The notes beneath the pieces are model-generated. The model did no database searches. It was not told the DNA's origin and worked only from the letters and a program-made list of their open reading frames with translations. The translations under genes were made by a program, and so were the position numbers. From Parasitella parasitica NRRL 2501 (Eukaryota > Fungi > Mucoromycota), in the NCBI GenBank assembly GCA_025201805.1, contig MU619253.1:250202-314201 (forward strand): DNA of 64,000 nucleotides, written 5' to 3'. Shown in pieces: positions 48,167 through 64,000 of this stretch (position 1 is the first letter of the stretch; every line of letters begins with the position of its first letter).

Positions 48167-49709
48167 TTAGTTATTCTGGAAATCAGTATTCAGGGCTTGA
48201 ATGGCTGAGATTGTACCAAAAATTAAGCCTACTACACCAAGCAACAGAGTTAAGAAAGCTAAAATGTACTCGTACCACACCTTTCCTCTAATTCCTGTTA
48301 GCTTGTAGTAGAAGACAACAGGGAAGATAAAAACCAGCGCACAGTTGGAAAAGGCGCCCAACAAAGACATAAAATCTCCAAAGAAAGGCACAAAAATAGC
48401 AATAACAGCAACAACCACAATGAGAGCACCACGGAATATCAAGCGAAGTGTCCATTCAAAAAAGAAAGACCTATGCTCAGAGTCGATTTTGAGCATTTTT
48501 TCCACATCTAGAGCAAATGAAATCAACAAGATTGGGGTGGTCAGGATAAGATGGATGGTGATGATAATGATAGAGGCGAATTTGGGCCCTTTGTTGGTAT
48601 CAGATAAGGACTCGTAAATGGGAGAAAGAACATCTGAACCATATACATAATATCCAGGCACAGCAGCCAAAAAGTAAAGGATTACACAAAATGTGAGGCC
48701 TGCTGTGATGACCTTGTTCCAGTCTCGTCTATTGCGCATTGATTGCTCGACATGAGGATAAACAGGGTTGCCGCCTAAAGTGTCGCATATCAGCATATGA
48801 ATGAATACATACGCACACACACACACATACACAGCACACTTACCAAAACTAAAAGAAATTGAGCTGAGAGCAATAGGAAACATATTCCATATAACACCAT
48901 CATGATGTGAGTCCGTGTGATCAGGTGCTTCTTTCACCGCGACAACCAATACGATCAGGATAACAACCACGGTGGACAGCATCCCAAATACACCGAGAAC
49001 GGTCATTTCCTTCAACGACCTAAAGAATAGGAAGGGCACAGCGACGATACAGGTACAAATAATGACCCAAATGGGAAATGTCAATTCTGCAGAGGATCCT
49101 TTTGCTACGGTGTGCAAATTCAGACCCGACAACAGCAAGTAAAGCACGGGCACACCTACCAGTGTGATGGCAGTGAAAAAGAAGGCTATCCAGCCGCCCA
49201 CCTTGCCAAATGCTGCAGTCGCCACTTCTTGGTACGATGATAGACGAGTTTTGCCATCGTAATACATGGAGCGGATCAGTAAAATACCAGTATCTATAAC
49301 AACAGGTTTAGCTGTAAATCCTATGATTGTAAGAGTATTTACATATTGATAAAATCCAACTAAGACAAAGGATAAAAAGGCCAATCCAACCACCCTGTGC
49401 TAAAGCATATGGCAAACCAAGAGCGCCTGTGCCAGCGACCACACATATAACACTGCACAATGCACTTATACTTGAACCCTGTTTTGATCTGTCGATGCCA
49501 AATTCAAAATGTTCGTTTTCATCTTGTTCTTCGTCTTCCGTAATGACTTCCTCCGAGACTATATGCAATACATGTTAGATAGAGGCCGAAAAGATAGTCG
49601 ATCTGTAGAGGACATACTAACCTGGAGGAGAGGAGCATTCCTTTTTATCGCTCGAAATAGGCGCAGTGTAGCTTGTTGTCGGCTTATTCAATAATTGACC
49701 CTCGTTCAT
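48167..49709 (-). CDS. Amino acid/auxin permease family transporter (Aa_trans, Avt1-like), 4 exons
   Basis: VICVVAGTGALGLPYALAQGGWIG, SFSFGGNPVYPHVEQSM, PFFGDFMSLLGA; start MNEGQ at 49709. Confidence 0.94.
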
Positions 49710-50390
49710 TTCGTATAGTTGTATTGGTGAAAAGAAGAAGAAGAAGAAAAAAAAAAAGAGAGCATTTTTCTCCCCGGTTCATAACTTGAAAATTTTGATT
49801 TGTCTCGCTTTTCACTTTGGCACTGATGTTAGAAATGAAAACCTTCCAAGCGGAGACATTGACCTGACTGAGACACGATTTATCATTTATATGATAGCCA
49901 TCATTTATTAATAATGCAACTCTACATTTTGGAGCTTTATTAAAACTGGCATTGAAAGAATCTTTATATTTGCGTTGACGACAGCTGTCTGATTCATGCT
50001 ACATTTTGCCCTGTCTGGTGGTAGCAATCGCTTTTCTCGATCTGCATCGCATTTAACTGCGTACGGCCATTTTTTATTTTCAGCATGCTGGTACGCCTTT
50101 TCATTCGGTCGAAGCGTGGAAAAATGTAGGCGGGATTTACTTTATTGTGTTACTACGATTGTTCGCTTTATGACATAGATCAGATAACTACTGTACTTGC
50201 GACTTGTTGGAAAGGGCTGTGTACACGCATGCTACATCTTTTGATATACGTTTATTACACAAACATTTAGCGAGAGTGCATCATAAACAAACTGACAATT
50301 TATATTGATATTTTAATATTAAGAGAAGTAGCAGATCTGTGTCGCTTAACCCCACTCAAAACTTACTAAAGCAAACTTTTCAAAGCTGTC

Positions 50391-50421
<31 letters not shown>

Positions 50422-50775
50422 NNNNNNNNNNTAACGTACATAACACTATATCCTTTGTGGCACTTGTGAAGAGATCCAAATATAGTAAATATAATGGACA
50501 CTGCTAATTGACAGCAGATAAACAATACCGGACTTTCCTATCGAAATTTTAGTATTCAAGATACTGAATGCTTTATAACAAAAATTAATGCCATTTATTT
50601 GCAGCGAAAGCGAACACAAAAGTATCTCATTTACTCAATCCCAATTTCGTTTTATAGCAATGGATTTATGAGTTTATTGTCTATGTGCAAATGTAGGTAT
50701 CAATACTGTACACGTAATCACATTTTATTACCATAGCCTTGGTCGAATAAAATTATTTTGAAAGTGGAATAAACA

Positions 50776-51400
50776 GATTTCTATGATTGCACGACCATGT
50801 CTTGTTTACGAGATGCGGCCAAGCAGCTTTTTGCCAACTTAACAACAAACATGTATTCAAGAAGAGCTTGTCAGCAAGACTCGAAAATTGTCGTAAATAT
50901 CTTGCTGAGAATCCATTTGTGTTGAAATAGTACTTTGAGGCCTAGAAAGCCGTTCAGGAAACATCAAAAGATAACTCGTACGCCTCCTCGTCAATGTATA
51001 AATTATTCAGTGAATAGTTTGTTTAGAGTTTTGACACAAGAAAGGAAGTGCATCGTTTGCCAAAGATCTGGACTAGCAAGGACCCATTCCAGAGTATTGC
51101 CTGAAAACTAGTGCTAGTCTACTAAACGCCTCGAGAATTACAATACCCAAAATATATAAAGAGTTCAGCATCAAGCCATAGGTGAATCAATTGAGGATTC
51201 CTTGTGCTGAAGATTGATGAAGACAAGTCAACGATCAACTGTTTATCATTTGTTCAACCAACAACAAATACGGCTCATGAGAGGAAACAATGCAAAGACC
51301 AGATGAAACAAAGGGGCCTTGGTGTGCCTGAATGCCAATAGCTTTAATTGGGGAGGGGGGGTTTAAACCACACAGTCAGGCTAATGAATATGCTAATGTT
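50776..51400 (+). pseudogene. Heavily deleted Fanzor/TnpB-like relic (N-terminal helix plus RuvC-II/zinc-finger remnants)
   Basis: DAAKQLFANLTTNMYS...ILLRIHLC* (50812-50925); VLKIDEDKSTINC (DE 51216-51221); KGALVCLNANS (51310-51342). Confidence 0.5.
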
Positions 51401-51892
51401 TTATCGTTTCTCGACTTCATAAAACGCAGGCATTGATGAACAGCCAACGGTCAACTACTTGTTTACACCCGTCAGGCATACCTTCAGTTGATTATGATAT
51501 AGACACAATGAAAAGAAGCAGGAGAAGACTCACAAGATGGCACACTGTGTAGATAGATACCACTAAACAATAAAATGGAATAAGCTTCCTCTGTGATGCA
51601 CATGCACATATTCTTTTAATAGCATTAGATTCAATTTTAAAACTGTCTTTTAGATGTCCCCTTTATCCCCCCCTGGCCAGCTTATTCTTTGTTTAGCCAT
51701 GTATCTATAGCATCAACAATAATGAAAGCAAGTGTCATGAAGGATGATGTCTGATGGTAAATGAATGCTGCTGTGGATGCTGTTGACAACATATTTTTAT
51801 TAAATAGTGTGATTAGTAGTATAATAGATAACAATAAAAAAAATATAAACAAATCTATTCTAGTATACTCCTATCCCTCTGCGATTGCTGCC

Positions 51893-51898
<6 letters not shown>

Positions 51899-51942
<44 letters not shown>

Positions 51943-51980
51943 TTTCTCTCTCTCTCTCTCTCTCTCTGTGTCTGTCTCTC
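51899..51980. repeat. Compound (TG)n(TC)n microsatellite
   Basis: Seen directly. Confidence 0.95.
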
Positions 51981-52020
51981 GTGATTATAATTTTTCTCCT
52001 TGTTATAGTGTAAATTTCAT

Positions 52021-52441
52021 TTATTGCTGTTGGTATTGTTGCTGTTGTTGCTGTTGTTGCTGTGGCAGGAGGGGAATAGGCGTAATGGAACGGTGTTTGT
52101 TGATATTGTTGGCAGATGACATTGCACTTGCAGGTCTATTTTGTTGTGGTGGTGGTTGTGTCATCATGGCGGCATACAGATTCCCATTACTCATATAATT
52201 GGGTAACTGATAAAAGGATGATTGAGCTGAATACATGTTGTTGTTCATTGGTGGCACAGAAGATCTGCCATTACTGTAATAGTCATACATGGAAGGAAGA
52301 TTAGGAGTATATCCATATGGCAGCTGTTGCTGGGCTTGGCCTGATCTATTTGGGCTGGTATGCTTTTTATTGTTGGTAGTGGGCACAGATGGATTCATAT
52401 ATACTGGGTGGTGCATCTGTTGTTGGTATTGGTGGTGTTGT

Positions 52442-52479
<38 letters not shown>

Positions 52480-53510
52480 CTGATGGTGTTGCTGCTGAAT
52501 GTGCTGAAAGTTGATATTGTGTGTTCCTGGTTCAGGCAGTTTACCTAGCAACCCTTCAATTTTGACTTTTCCTGGGTTCATTTTTGGCTTTTGGCGCTTA
52601 GCCTCGGCTTTTTCTTGTTCCCTTTGAATCAGCAGATCCATGCCTGACATGGTGCTCATGCGTTGCTGCTGCTGCTGATGCTGCTGCTGCTGCTGCACTG
52701 GATGCTGTTTTTGATTTCTCGGCTGCATGGCATGCTGCTGTTGTTGCTGTTGAAGATATTGAAATTGAGCCAATTGTTGCTGCTGCTGCTGTTGTTGATA
52801 CTGTTGGTACTGATGCATATGATGTATAGCAGGGGGGAAATCTAAATTGGTGGAAGAGTGCCTCAAGTGCTGGCCAATGACTTTGTCATCGTCGTCGTTG
52901 TCGTCGCCGTCGTCGTTCTGACTGTCTTTGATGAACCTTGCCAAGTCATCGTTGGAAACAGAGCGATGGTTGTTGCTGATGATGACCGAGGAGATGTTTG
53001 TACTTGCGTCAGAATGCTGCATCACTGAATGTTGGCCTGGATGCTGCTCAAATTGCTGGGGTAGAGTAGGTGCAGATCTATTTATTCTGTACGGCAAAAC
53101 GCCCTGCGAAGGTCTCTTCATGGCCTGATGGATAGGTAGCAAGTCATCTTGATCGTCTTCGTCTTCGTCCTCATCATCCTCGTCTTCGTCTATGGAAGAG
53201 TGAGCAATGTTAAAAGTTATGCTAATATGCTTACTCCGAAATGAGGGGCTGTTAGAAAGGGGTTCTTACCTGTATTGTCTTCTTCATCACTTGGTAACGG
53301 AATTGTCGATTTTGGTCTTGTAATGACGATCTTTTGCTTGCTGTATTTCTTTTGCTTGTCCTTGACGCTGTCTTGTTGGTCGCTGTTGTTTGACGAATGG
53401 GCGGCGTCGTCATCGTCATCGTCATCATCTTCATCATCGCTTGGCATGATTTTAAGATTGCGGTTGCTTGTTCTCTGGTGGTGACCTAGATTGAAGAAAT
53501 GAGAATGCAT
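52021..53510 (-). CDS. Hypothetical Gln/Asp-rich, largely disordered protein, 2 exons
   Basis: ORFs 53217-53510 and 52021-53142 joined by an intron; one ordered block MSGMDLLIQREQEKAEAKRQKPK..KIEGLLGKLPEPG. Confidence 0.75.
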
Positions 53511-53945
53511 GCCAGACGGTTTTTCAAGCTAAACACAAACCAGATAGCCATGCTTGATGGGGCGAGGTATCGAAATTTATGCTGCGATCAAAGCTTTCAG
53601 TAAGTTCTTTTATTGTAGACATTTCAGAGGGAAATTGAGAGAAAAAGAAAAAAGATTTTTTTTTCACTTGACATTGCCTTTAATTCTTTATTTATTTATT
53701 TATTTATTTTTTATTTTTTATTTACTATTTTTCTTGCATTTTGTCCAAGTAAACAAAACGACTCCTGAAGACAAAACAGTTAAAAATAGATTGTATTATG
53801 TGGTGGATGTAAAAGACTCCAATAGGAGAGAAAGTGTTGCAGTACATTGAAAGAGTCACTCAAGTGGCTTGATGCGCACAAATCAACATAATGAATAAAA
53901 ACTTCTCGCTTCACTTTAGGTATTCCAACTTCTTCCGCTCGAATC

Positions 53946-55967
<2,022 letters not shown>

Positions 55968-56346
55968 TTGATATCTTTATTTTAAAACCTGTGTATGGCA
56001 TATAAAAACTATTTTCAGTAGCTACATACTGTATCTTGACATTTAATTTTTAATTATGCATTCACTGCTGTACCGTATCTTTTATGTCCTCCTCCTCTGC
56101 TGCCCTTCCCCCACCTCCTCATCCCCTTATCCCCTCCTCTTATCATCTGATGGATGACTTTGGCTAACAATTCTCTACAACCAATTTTTCAAACCACTAC
56201 AAAGATGGCCTCTACCGCATTGCATACTACAATCAATGGTTAATTATTGACCACAAACGAGACACAATAGCTGGCAATGAATATAGAGTTTTCAGTGTCA
56301 TCAAATCTTTATAATCTGCATACCAATACTTGTGCAAAAAGCCTAG

Positions 56347-56405
<59 letters not shown>

Positions 56406-57687
56406 CACAAGAACGCATTTTAGATCACTTTGGATACTTGATTTTGCAACATTTGGATGACCATTGTCGCTCAAAAGCGCGCCAAGCGATTTTATATGAT
56501 CGGTAAATTCGTTTTGCTACAATTTTTTAATTTTATTTTTATTTTTATACTCTCGTCTGAAAGATCCAATTGAACAAAACTCAAAGATGTACAAATATTA
56601 GAAGCTTTTGTTAGCGTGCTTTATTGAAAGCATGCAAGCCATATTTTTCGACACGACAAAAATCAGGTATTATCAACTATGCCGATACACATTGGCCCAA
56701 AACTCAGAAAATCAGTGGTAGCATTGGATAGAGTCGATCTCATGTTTTTACTTGATACTCTTTAAAGAAAATTTTGTCTCTGAAAATGGCTCCGTTTTGT
56801 TTTAATAGAGAGTAAAACTGATTTTCCAAGCGTAAAGTAGAGTACGAGGGATGCGTTGCAAGCTTAACTGTATAGCTTTTTTTATTCTACTCCAAAACAC
56901 ATTGAATACTGCTCGTTATTCGTTAAAAAGAGAAGAACGATAAGGCATTCGCATATTATCACTTTGAGTTTCTACGCTACCAAATGTTGGCTAATTTGAT
57001 GTTGGCTTTTTATACTTGTGCTCTGCTTTGAAGATCAGTTTTACCCTTTAGTAAGGCAGCATTCTCAAAGCTTTTACGATTTCTTTTTCAAGAAGTTCCA
57101 AATTGGGTAATAATCATTAAATATTATGTTCCGTGGGCACGCTTTATGTCTAGCAATGATGACTTAGTGATTGTGTAGATGTATGCCAAGAATACGTACT
57201 ACTCTATATACACTGTATATAGGGCCTCCATTGTGATTCTAATCCATATATGCGGAAATTGCCCACCGCCAAGATTATTGCAGAGACTTTTTGGTCACCA
57301 TCAACATAAATGGAACCCCCCCCCCGAGATTTCTACTTGAGGAATTTTTTGACTTGGCAAAAAAGAGAGAAACAAAGCTTTCCACTTTTTGTCAGGTTTT
57401 CCGAATTGAATGGATCTATATCTTACTTCCAATCCATTGCTTGTCTTCCGTCGTCTTCGATATAGAGATTTTCTTAACCATTTTTATAAATGGCCTTGCT
57501 TAAAATTGAAGACATATCAACTATTTATTTGAAAAACAAAACAAATTGAGATATCAATAAAGATTGACTAATAAAAAGCCCGCAAATTGGGGAGTTGTAA
57601 ACCCGCAAAAAAACCTACAAAGCTGCAAATTGGTACTGTGAGCACTGTATTGCTTTCTTTTCCATCTTTATAATAATATAAAATTTA

Positions 57688-60524
57688 ATGAGACATCTAT
57701 TCGATAGCAGAAAAGAAAACAAATCAATAAAACTTGTTAAAAAGCTTCAAGAAGAAGCCGATAAAGAGTGGGAAAACGAAATCGTTCGCAGAAAAGAACA
57801 GGAACTCAATGATGAAGCAATCGCAAAAGAGTTGCAGGCACAACTAGAACATGAAACTAATAGCGATAGTGCCCCTAGGCCACCTCCATTACCTATAAAG
57901 CCTAGACAATACAATTCATCGATCAATAGTAAGTAATCGACATTGCATTGGTAGCTTGATGTACTCATTTTATCATTCTTAGTTTCAGACAACGCCGCTT
58001 CTTCATCATCAACTGCGAGTCATTCGACAAAATCCTTGCCTACACACTCTTCTTCGTCGTCTTTTACCATCAAGCCGTTGTACAGTATCTCCAGTGCTGA
58101 TTCACAGCAGCCCGCTTTACCACCAAGAGATCAAAATGCTAATAAAAAGCCAGTAAAATCATATTTACAGCCTGAAAGATACAAACCAGAGCTCCAATTT
58201 TCTCTTGCTTCCCCTACGCCAAGCCCTAGCTCTGTATTTTATGAAAAAACACCCAAGCTATCCCCTGCTATTTCACCTCTTCCAGCATTGGAAACAGCAA
58301 AAGCTAGCACGCCTTCAATTCAGAATAGCAACGAGCCATTGAATATCCAAAAAAATTATGATAATGGGACTTGCAGTAATAATAGCAATGGCAACAATGT
58401 ACCGCCTAGTCCTATTGTTATGCAACCATCTCGCCCTGCTTTCAATTCGCAGCCACCTCGACCACTTAATCGCATGGAAATGCCATTTCCTACTGATGTA
58501 AATCCAGCTAATTTTCGACCCATTGCTGCAAATCATTCAGCACCTTCTTTGTACAACGATCATCACCACCATTCTGAATATCCGCCAAATAAATCCGATC
58601 CCATTGTTTTACCGTTATCACAACAACCGCAACAGCACTACAACACAATCCCTGCTGCTATACTTGCTCCACCACCGAGCCCCTTGTATCAGAAAAATGA
58701 ATCTGATGCCGCTTGTTTTCCTCAGCATATTCAACAGCAACAGCAAAGCTATCCTTATCAGCCAATGCGTCAAAATACGCCTTCTCCTGCTATATCACTT
58801 CCATTCAACTCTAATGCTATTTACCATCATTCAAAGTATTCCCAGCAACCACAACAGCAACCATTTCAGCCAATCTATCAAGCAACGCCTCCACCGCAAC
58901 CACAATATCAATCGACAAAGCCTTCTTTTGTGCCAGCTTCGAGCAGTGGTGGTTTTCAATTACCTTCCATGCCTACGTCTGCATCTTTTAACAATGCAAA
59001 GACCACAACAAAACAAAACTCGACTTTCTCGCCAACTAATCCTTATTACAAGAAACAAGACAAAGAAAAATCCAAGTTTTCTAATTCTACTATTTCACTC
59101 AAGCCAGATGAAGAACAGCCTCATGAACATGAAGATGAGGGTGAAGATGAGGACGATTGGGACAATGTCAATCCGGAAAGAAAAACATCACTTGGATCAT
59201 CTACACCAGTTGCATCCACTGCTACTCCTACTGCTTCCACTCTTGCGGACGTTAATGATGATGACAAGGAATCAGAAATTGATTATTCAGATATGATTTA
59301 TGACAGGAGAAACGAGTCGACAGAAGAGGGAAATGATGTAAAAGACGATGAAGACAAAGACGATAACTGGGAAGATACAGCTGTGGATCCGTTTGATGAT
59401 GATTTTGCAATACATGTGTCTAAAGAGTCCATGGCTACGAGCGCTATTGTCGTTGGTGATTCCGGAAAACAAAGAGCAAGCAGTGTTGTCACTAATCTCG
59501 CACCTGCTATTCAAATTCTGGATCCCACCTTGGCAGTAACCCCCACTTTATCTCTTCCGCTTTCAATAAGCAAGATTGCAGTGGAGAAGAGAAAGCCCCC
59601 GCAGGACAAAGTCGAAGACTTGTTTGAGGGTAAAAGCACTTCTCATCAATACGTTGAAAAGGAAAGCGAAGAGATTGAGCATAGACCTATCGCACTTCAT
59701 TCAAGACGGCAGTCTATGGGAGCATACCTTTCGCCATCAACATACGGCACTCCTATACCTGGCCCTTCGTCCCATCAACCATTACAGCACCAGTACCAGC
59801 ATCAGCAACTTTTTTACAACAATCGTCCTCAGTCAACACCATTAATAGAATTAGATCTACAAGAGGATGAGCAAAGCAAAGTGTATCCCACTAATACGCT
59901 AAAGGCTGGTGCTCCCCCTTCAGTCATGTCCCCCGATAATCCTTACGTCAAAAAACAAGGCAGTAAGTATATGAACCGGCCATCATTGATGAAATCATTC
60001 ATAAATATGTCTTTTTTTACAGTTGTTCCTGCAACCGATTACGGATACTTTAAAGAAGGTGATGTGCTTCAAAACAAGACATTACCAGAATTACCTAAAA
60101 CTGCTAGTAAGCGATAGTTACTCAATATTCGCAATCCAGTTGTAGACTAATGCAACTTTTGTTTCCCGTAGCAACGAACGATGACCGTCATATTACAATT
60201 TCAAGTATCAGTCCAGGTCAGCGTGTATGGATCCGAATCCACCCAACCGACACTGGTAAAGACTTGGCAGAACGTATTCATATTGTGGCATCCTATCAAA
60301 CCCGTCGTGTCACCAAGATAACAACTAAAAATGGACGTAGTGTTCCCCTGGACAACAAACCCGTATTTGAGGATTGGAATGAAATAATCAATTTTAAAGA
60401 AGGTGAACAGTGGATCGTAGAATGGGAACCCATTGAACATCCATACGTAGATATTATCACCGAAGGAAAGGAGTTCATGAGACAATTGAAGGCAAATTTT
60501 AGAGGGTCATCATCATCTAAATAA
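57688..60524 (+). CDS. Hypothetical Pro/Ser/Gln-rich protein with small globular C-terminal domain, multi-exon
   Basis: ORFs 57688-57936, 58036-60117 and 60150-60524 linked by short introns; C-terminal QRVWIRIHPTDTGKDLAERIHIVASY. Confidence 0.8.
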
Positions 60525-60705
60525 CACAATGTAAACTAAGCTTATGGGAAGCATTGCTCTACTCAGAAAAAAAAAGCCAATTAATTATAACTTCACTTAA
60601 GTTTTCACTGTTTGAAAATAAATGCAACATTGCATCCGATTTATGTACATGTAACACTTTTTACCGGGATTTTTTTTTGTTTATTGTATAATATAAAGCT
60701 GTAAA

Positions 60706-62571
60706 TTACCATTTCGTAGCGAGCGGATTGCCCAGATTTTGAGTAACAGCATGATATCGAGTACGAAGCAGTTGCTGAGCTCTCTCGCTAGCAGGATCAA
60801 CAATCCACTCACTGTGCAACTTTGAGTAACCTAGTATTATAAATGTATAGGCCCAACTTACTTGTATATAGCCTTGATAATCTGGTTATCTTCGGGTCTA
60901 ACGCCCTGAGAGGATCTATAAATATTTTCAACGTGACCCACCCAGTCCTTGGCATTGATTATTTGTTCCGTTTCTTCAGCGCTACTGCTGGGAGGCAGCT
61001 GACCGCCGCCATTAGCACAGCCGCCAGGGCATGCCATGACTTCCACGTAATGGTAATTGCACTTGCCGGTTTTGATTTTACGTACGACATTCTGGATATT
61101 GCGGAAGCCGTAAGCAGTGGCAAATCTCAATAAAATTCGTCCGTCTTCTGCTACCAAAGAATATTCCTTGACATCGGCATTTTTGCCGGCCTTGACAATG
61201 ACATGCGCTGAAGATATATTCAAAGGATCATTTGGTATATCGTACATTTTGAATAGCTCTCGCGCAGCTGTAGCAAAGATATATTCTAATCCACCACCAG
61301 AAGATGAGCCAGATACACCATACACCATCTCCATCTGTGTAGCAGGATCAATGCCAAGCTTGTTGAATAAATCATCGATAGGGCTTTCTGTCATCTGTCT
61401 AAAGTCAAGGTTTTGCTCAACAAACATCTTGTCAATTTCGCTGGTGGTCAAGACACAATCTACTTCCCTTGTGTTGTACTGCTCTAAAAAGAAATCGGGT
61501 CGGCTAGCCTCCAGCTTTTTATCGTAGCATGGCATAATAGAAACGTGGTATATTTGATCCGGGCTGTACAAAGAAATGTGAGATTCTGAATCATAGCATC
61601 GACTTTCCATTACATACGTCAGTCCTAAATTCTTGGCAAAATAATCCTTGACAAGAGATCCCATCATCTGCTGGGGTGATTTCGTGCTAGTAATAAATGG
61701 CAGTACTTCACCGTGCGTCTTTTCAGCATAACAAACCCAGCCTGGGCATGAAGACGCAAGCATTGGCAAATCTTGGTTCACAAGGGCCCCACCTTCGCCT
61801 GCCTTATTAGTCCCGCCGCCCCTCTTTCTTGCTCTGACCTTGGGCTTGCCTTGCTCCTCCAAAGCCAACTTTTCTGCATCCGCTTGTTGCATGGCTGCTT
61901 CTAATGCTTCGCCTCCATTCTGCATATAATGCTTAAATCGATCAACAAATTCTCGGGCAGATTCTACCAGCGATAGATCCTGCGTGAATGCTGTATCGAA
62001 TACATGATGTGCCCCTAAAAAATGCTTAAAAAAATAGACTAATTTGTGATGGACTTGAAGGGTTGACAATCTATACTTGGCGGCGAGCGATGCTCGTGAT
62101 TGGGGGCTGATAGAAATGACAATGGTTCGATGATTTTGTGGTTGATTCTGTTCAGCTGCTATCTTATTTTCCTGTAGTATTTTGAATAGTTCATCTTGGG
62201 ATTGCATAGAAATCAGCACGCTTTCGGCAGAGGTTACGCAGCCACTGTTTTAAGACAAATGTCAAAACACCGTTTGATTTGTAAGCGTAAAAACAAAATT
62301 ACCTGCATGCCAAACAATCGTTTAGGGTAATCGATGCTGATTCGAGTTTTTCTTCACCGCCATCTTGAGAAATCTCATAATAAGCACCTTCTCCATCGAC
62401 TTTGATTTCACTCTAACTTCCAATTAGTAATTTAGCACATTTCAAAATATCTGACTGACTAACAGGTCCTTTATTTTCTGATTTTTCTACTTCAACAGGC
62501 TTGATGCATGCTTGAGAAGGAGCAATATAGTCGTTTAAATCTGTAAGCACAAGAGCTGAAGAAAAGGTCAT
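60706..62571 (-). CDS. NAR1: Cytosolic Fe-S assembly factor Nar1 (iron-only hydrogenase-like), multi-exon
   Basis: [27 protein letters not shown]|[47 protein letters not shown]; ends TKW*. Confidence 0.96.
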
Positions 62572-62701
62572 TTTCTTTCACTTATTAATGTAGGAATGAA
62601 CGGAAGAAGAAGAAAAAAAAGTGGAGAAATACAAAAGAGAAAATGGCTTGTAATTTGAACAGCCAATAAGTGACACGAGTAGATTGCGGATCATCTACAA
62701 A

Positions 62702-63660
62702 TTAGCGGGTTTTATTCTTTCCTCTCTGTATTTCGTATTCGTCCTTGTCTAAAACTTTCCCGAAAGCATCTCTTCGTATGGTACTTGGCTTTCTATCCTT
62801 GATGTAACCTGCTTTATGTCTCCAGCAGAATTCCTTGTCTTTTTTCTCTCCTTTCGTATAGCTGTATTGAATCAAATCGTACAGATATTTGTAATAAAAC
62901 ATCAAATTGTCGTATCGTCCATCATACACCTGCCCTTCTTTCAGCTCAAAGGCCTGAGCGTATTCCACATATAGATAATAAATGGCCTCAATTGTTGATA
63001 AATAGTTGACACTTAGGTTTTGAAATCTCCAGAAAAATGTTAGTCGAGGTTCAAGGGTTACTTTTTGCACTGCTCGTAGTAAGGGTGTATCTCGGACCAT
63101 CTTTTGTGCTTGCTTCCAAGTGCCGTCGATTACTATCATATGGTCAAAGGAATCTTGAGGGATTTCGCTTAATTTCCTTGCATCCTTAAACATATATATG
63201 ATGAATAAATGTAGCAAGTAATACAAGCAGACTTACAGGTCCAGGAAACAGCATGAGTACTCGTTCTGGTTGGCTAAATCGTGGCATTTTCTTCCAACTG
63301 TAAACACGCACATCTTTGTCGGCTACTATTCTAGCATGTAGTGCTGTAGTCGTACCATCGGATTCAGCTTCGTGCTTAATGCTGTAATGTAAAGTTATGA
63401 CACTTTTTATGTGCTTATGCCTTGTGCTGACCTTACATGTCTATTGTTACTGGAAGCTTTACAAACGGAACCTGTGATCTTTCCATGCCAATCACAGTAA
63501 AGCAGTTGTAGCAATAATGCTTCATATTTTTTTGACAATTTGGACATTTTTCACGATGCAGCATGTCATACAAGACTGTGTCATCTTGGATTTTCAAGTC
63601 TTTGAATGGTGATTTCTCTCGTACTTGTTTTAAATCTTCTGCTGTTAGTTGGTTTGACAT
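62702..63660 (-). CDS. DTW-domain protein (DTWD1-like tRNA acp3U transferase), 3 exons
   Basis: CPNC..YCYNC zinc site, IKHEAESDGTTTALHA, LFPGP, IVIDGTWKQA, LSTIEAIY, YDNLMFYY. Confidence 0.9.
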
Positions 63661-63803
63661 GTTGAGGAGTATAAGGGGAAAAATTTTCGCTGTTGAGATT
63701 GATTTTCGGTAATTTAAGGAGAAAAAATACAAGTGTGATATATAAGTGAAGATATTTTTTATTCACAAAAAAGTGATACATGAAGAATATCAAGCTTAAG
63801 ACT

Positions 63804-64000
63804 TTAAAAGGTTAATTCTAAGAGTGCTTGTTTAATAGGGATAGCGTCTTCTTCCTCTTGGAACTCGATATCGTATTGTGAACCGACATGCTTGAACAAA
63901 TGACAAAGCACAATTGTATATGATTGCGCCAGATGACTACATAGGACAGAATCTGCTACAATGCAAATATCCAAGTAGATGGGCTTGATGTTGGCATCAT
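63804..64000 (-). CDS. Possible 3' end of a gene entering from beyond the window
   Basis: Open frame of about 65 codons ending DIEFQEEEDAIPIKQALLELTF*; no recognisable motif. Confidence 0.25.
   Translation of the reverse strand, partial: DANIKPIYLDICIVADSVLCSHLAQSYTIVLCHLFKHVGSQYDIEFQEEEDAIPIKQALLELTF

Noticed and set aside
46955-51102. Shared 12-mer AGAGTATTGCCT at 46955 and 51091 in two Fanzor-like relics
   Set aside because: 12-bp matches are expected by chance in 64 kb, and the orientations relative to the two relics are inconsistent

Overview
AT-rich, intron-rich eukaryotic DNA, most consistent with a Mucorales (Mucor/Parasitella-like) fungal scaffold: short GT-AG introns, homopolymer tracts and six short N gaps. 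About 25 protein-coding genes can be read. They include a group II PLP decarboxylase (5' partial), a Cdc25-type RasGEF, a HAD hydrolase ending in PTS1, a C2H2 transcription factor, GRC3/NOL9, a Tco89-like protein, BAG, HPP, YjbQ (absent from the ORF track; GC-AG intron), velvet, a Herp-like UBL protein, DYS1, VMA3, an F-box protein, an amino-acid permease, SRPK, NAR1 and a DTW protein. The most unusual part is an accessory island at about 36.7-51.4 kb. It holds three intact, intronless, diverged tandem paralogs resembling the RRM-like part of non-LTR retrotransposon ORF1 without the zinc knuckle or ORF2, each with the same CATGAC..AATT plus TATA promoter layout. It also holds several decayed Fanzor/TnpB-like nuclease fragments (mostly invisible in the ORF track), a 460-bp near-perfect inverted repeat whose loop is itself a Fanzor-like fragment, a short LTR-like unit and a Tc1/IS630 transposase relic. 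Family assignments come from manual translation and recalled motifs, not database searches.
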